Source: an uncultured Solibacteraceae bacterium
GTDB taxonomy: Bacteria > Acidobacteriota > Vicinamibacteria > Vicinamibacterales > SCN-69-37
DNA length: 64,000 nt
NCBI GenBank assembly: GCA_964423815.1
Contig: CAYRGW010000014.1
Location: forward strand, 505-64,504
Reading direction: 5' to 3'
The translations under genes and the position numbers were made by a program. Positions 61,776-64,000 of the stretch are shown piece by piece; position 1 is the stretch's first letter; each line of letters starts with the position of its first letter. The notes under the pieces were generated by a model. It was not told the origin of the DNA and made no database searches. It saw only the letters and a list, made by a program, of their open reading frames with translations.

Positions 61776-63872
61776 TCAGAATCTACCACCGGCGAGCCGC
61801 GCGCGGACGCGGGCGATATCGGCCGCAAAAAACGCCGGCGGCGCCGTGGCGACAAAACGTTCCCCATATCGCCGCGCTTCACCGGCCTGTCCGCTCTCGA
61901 ACAATTCCATCGTCAAATTAAAAAGTGCGTTGAAGTCGTTGGGGTCGAGGCTCACGGCCTTGCGCCAGGCGTCCAGGGCTTCGGGCAGACGGTTGAGCCT
62001 TGTGAGCGCCACGCCCAGGCCGGTGTAGGCGCCGGCAAGCGTGGGGTCGACCGAGAGTGCCCGTCGGAACGACGCTTCGGATGCGGCGAAGTCCCCGGTG
62101 CGCAGCTGGAGCGTCGCGATGTTCTGGTGCGAGAGCGCGCTGGTGGAATCGACCTGCAACGCGCGTTCAAACGTGCGCATCGCATCAGCAACACGCCCGC
62201 TCTGCCCGTACGCGATCCCCAGCGCATTGAGGACCTCGCTGTCGTCGGCCGACATCTCCTCGAGCAGTGGGATCGCTCGCGCGGCCGCACCCGATTCCGC
62301 GAGGTAGATCCCGAGCTTCACGCGGATGTCCCGTTGTGTGAGTCCGCGCGCCAGCGCCGATTCCAGGATGTTGATGGCGTCTGCGGGCCGCCCCGTCTGC
62401 CAGTAGACAAACGCGAGGTATCGATACGCGTCGGCGGTATCAGGTCGTCGGGTGATCACCGCGCGGAACGCCGCCACGGATTCCTCATGACGGCCGCGCG
62501 AATACAGATCGCCGGCATCGTGCAACATCTTGTCGAGATCGATCAGCTGTTTGGGGTCGTCGGCTTCCGTGTATCGCTCCCGCGCGGGTGCGGGACTGCC
62601 GCCGATATACCCGAGTGCCCTGAGGCGTTCGAGCACCGCCGTGGACTCCTCGCCGGGTTGCCCCGGTGGCGCCGTATCAAACGTCCGCAACGTATTAAAG
62701 AGCACCTGCGTGCGATCGGTGTCCGCCGACGCGAGGTTTCGTTGCTCGGCCGGGTCCGTGGTGAGGTCATACCGCTCGGGGATCGGCAGGTCGATGTATT
62801 TGTCGCGATCAACGAGCACACCTCGCAGTGGTGCCCACCCACGTGACAGGTTCGCCGTCATCGCTTCGAAGTACGACGGCCGCGTCTCACCCCGGCCTGT
62901 GGTGATGACGTCCAGGAGCGACGTGCCCGCGAGGGTGGTGTCGGCTGGTGCCCCGACCGCGTCAAGGACCGTCGGCACCACGTCCACGTGCCGCACGGGT
63001 GTGTCGATCGTGCGTCCCCCGGACGCCGCCGCGCCGTCGGGTGTGACCTCCGCAATAATGAGCGGCACCCGCAACGTGGCGTCATACGCAAAAATGCCAT
63101 GGGTGAGTTCGCCATGTTCACCGAGGCTTTCGCCGTGGTCGGCCGTGACGATGACGAGTGTGGGGCGCGACAACGTCCGGAGCTGATCCAGCAGTGGCGC
63201 GAGCGCAGCGTCGGTCCAGGCGACTTCCCCGGCATAAGGATCAGCTGCGTACTGCGTGTCGTAGGGGGCCGGCGGACGATACGGCGCGTGGGGATCAAAG
63301 ACGTGCACCCAGCTGAACCACGGCGTCTGTTGTTGCCCGATCCACGCCGTGGCGGCACCCACAACCTGATCGGCCCGTCGCTCCGGCAGCTCGAAGTCCA
63401 CGGTCGGACCCGACTCGGGCAGGCGGTCGTCGTAGACATCAAATCCCTGGTTCAGTCCGAAGCGCTGATCGAGGGGGAACGCGCCGACAAACGCGCCGGT
63501 GGCAAATCCCAGTGCTTTGAGGCGTGTGGCCAGGGTGACCTCGCCCGCCCGCACGCGATACCCGGTGTTGTCGCGAACACCATGTTGGTACGGATACAAC
63601 CCTGTGAAGAGGCTGGCGTGCGACGGCAGCGTGACGACCGCGTGTGCGTGCGCAAACGTAAATCGTGCGCCGGATGCCGCGAGCGCGTCGAGTCGCGGTG
63701 TCGCAGCGCGTCCGCCGTACGACCCGAGCGCGTCACCACGCAAGGTATCGATCGAGATGACCAGCACATTGCGATCCGCTGTGCGCTGCAGCGTGAAGGC
63801 CGGTGCCGGCCAGAACCACCACGCCGCCACAGCGACCGCCGCGGCAATCGCACCCCCGTATATCGCCTTCAT
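61776..63872 (-). CDS. Membrane-anchored AP-superfamily ('sulfatase-like') enzyme + TPR (paralog 3)
   Basis: 698 aa. TM, then VISIDTLRGDALG, VVTLPSHASLFTGLYPYQHGVRDN, ADHGESLGEHGELTHG, and a C-terminal TPR domain. Confidence 0.8.
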   Translation of the reverse strand: MKAIYGGAIAAAVAVAAWWFWPAPAFTLQRTADRNVLVISIDTLRGDALGSYGGRAATPRLDALAASGARFTFAHAHAVVTLPSHASLFTGLYPYQHGVRDNTGYRVRAGEVTLATRLKALGFATGAFVGAFPLDQRFGLNQGFDVYDDRLPESGPTVDFELPERRADQVVGAATAWIGQQQTPWFSWVHVFDPHAPYRPPAPYDTQYAADPYAGEVAWTDAALAPLLDQLRTLSRPTLVIVTADHGESLGEHGELTHGIFAYDATLRVPLIIAEVTPDGAAASGGRTIDTPVRHVDVVPTVLDAVGAPADTTLAGTSLLDVITTGRGETRPSYFEAMTANLSRGWAPLRGVLVDRDKYIDLPIPERYDLTTDPAEQRNLASADTDRTQVLFNTLRTFDTAPPGQPGEESTAVLERLRALGYIGGSPAPARERYTEADDPKQLIDLDKMLHDAGDLYSRGRHEESVAAFRAVITRRPDTADAYRYLAFVYWQTGRPADAINILESALARGLTQRDIRVKLGIYLAESGAAARAIPLLEEMSADDSEVLNALGIAYGQSGRVADAMRTFERALQVDSTSALSHQNIATLQLRTGDFAASEASFRRALSVDPTLAGAYTGLGVALTRLNRLPEALDAWRKAVSLDPNDFNALFNLTMELFESGQAGEARRYGERFVATAPPAFFAADIARVRARLAGGRF

Positions 63873-64000
63873 CGTCCTCCTGCCGCCGCCGCACGTACGG
63901 CGGCCGCGCGTTCGGGCAGCCCGAACATGATGTAGAGATCGCCGGCCGTTTTATAGGTCTCCGGCGACGGCGCGACCTGCAGCAACTCGACAATCGCGCG
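63869..64000 (-). CDS. 3' end of an upstream gene (partial, runs off the right edge), function unknown
   Basis: Hand translation of the minus strand gives ...RAIVELLQVAPSPETYKTAGDLYIMFGLPERAAAVRAAAAGGR*. The TGA forms an ATGA overlap with ATG 63872. Confidence 0.4.
   Translation of the reverse strand, partial: RAIVELLQVAPSPETYKTAGDLYIMFGLPERAAAVRAAAAGGR

Noticed and set aside
1-64000. Search for CRISPR arrays, tRNA/rRNA genes, transposases, integrases, toxin-antitoxin pairs or known defence-system genes.
   Set aside because: None was recognised by eye. The only repeats are the short X/Y/Z palindromic modules and paralogous genes. tRNAscan-SE, Infernal and a defence-system HMM scan would be needed to confirm absence.

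Overview
This is a GC-rich, densely coding bacterial chromosomal segment with about 50 protein genes. G+C looks like roughly two-thirds by eye; I did not compute it. I saw no rRNA, tRNA, CRISPR array, transposase, integrase or phage genes. The family content suggests Acidobacteriota, which is an inference: ADOP-type FtsX/MacB permeases (one with PadR), very large CarboxypepD_reg-fronted TonB-dependent-receptor-like barrels, and acidobacterial-type vWA proteins.

Main blocks:
1. 1-4.7 kb: a truncated ADOP permease divergent from a secreted metzincin-type Zn protease.
2. 4.8-21.2 kb: one uninterrupted minus-strand array of 18 genes. It joins a cbb3 oxidase (fused ccoNO, ccoQ, monoheme ccoP) and its maturation genes (ccoG, ccoH, ccoI, ccoS) directly to a complete Alternative Complex III (actABCDEF). 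Two extra membrane proteins follow.
3. 21.5-30.2 kb: a TonB-dependent-receptor-like protein, a hotdog thioesterase, DUF4281, a serine hydrolase, and a PadR/ADOP pair.
4. 30.4-35.2 kb: three tandem secreted PQQ-like beta-propeller proteins.
5. 35.2-37.8 kb: a lipoprotein, two HAD hydrolases and DUF1684.
6. 37.9-45.1 kb: a TetR-led beta-oxidation operon containing two alpha/beta hydrolases.
7. 45.2-64 kb: the most unusual part. An orphan CsoR-type repressor is followed by a paralog-rich envelope locus of unknown function. It holds two paralogous receptor-like barrels, a CarboxypepD_reg-TPR protein, three membrane-anchored alkaline-phosphatase-superfamily enzymes fused to TPR domains (Thr-x-Pro-x-His in place of the sulfatase Cys/Ser-x-Pro-x-Arg), two vWA-like proteins and a PD40-propeller protein.

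Several short structured repeat families occupy gene 3' ends. Many long ORFs in the supplied track are antisense artefacts of high GC. Many true genes start downstream of the track's first start codon.
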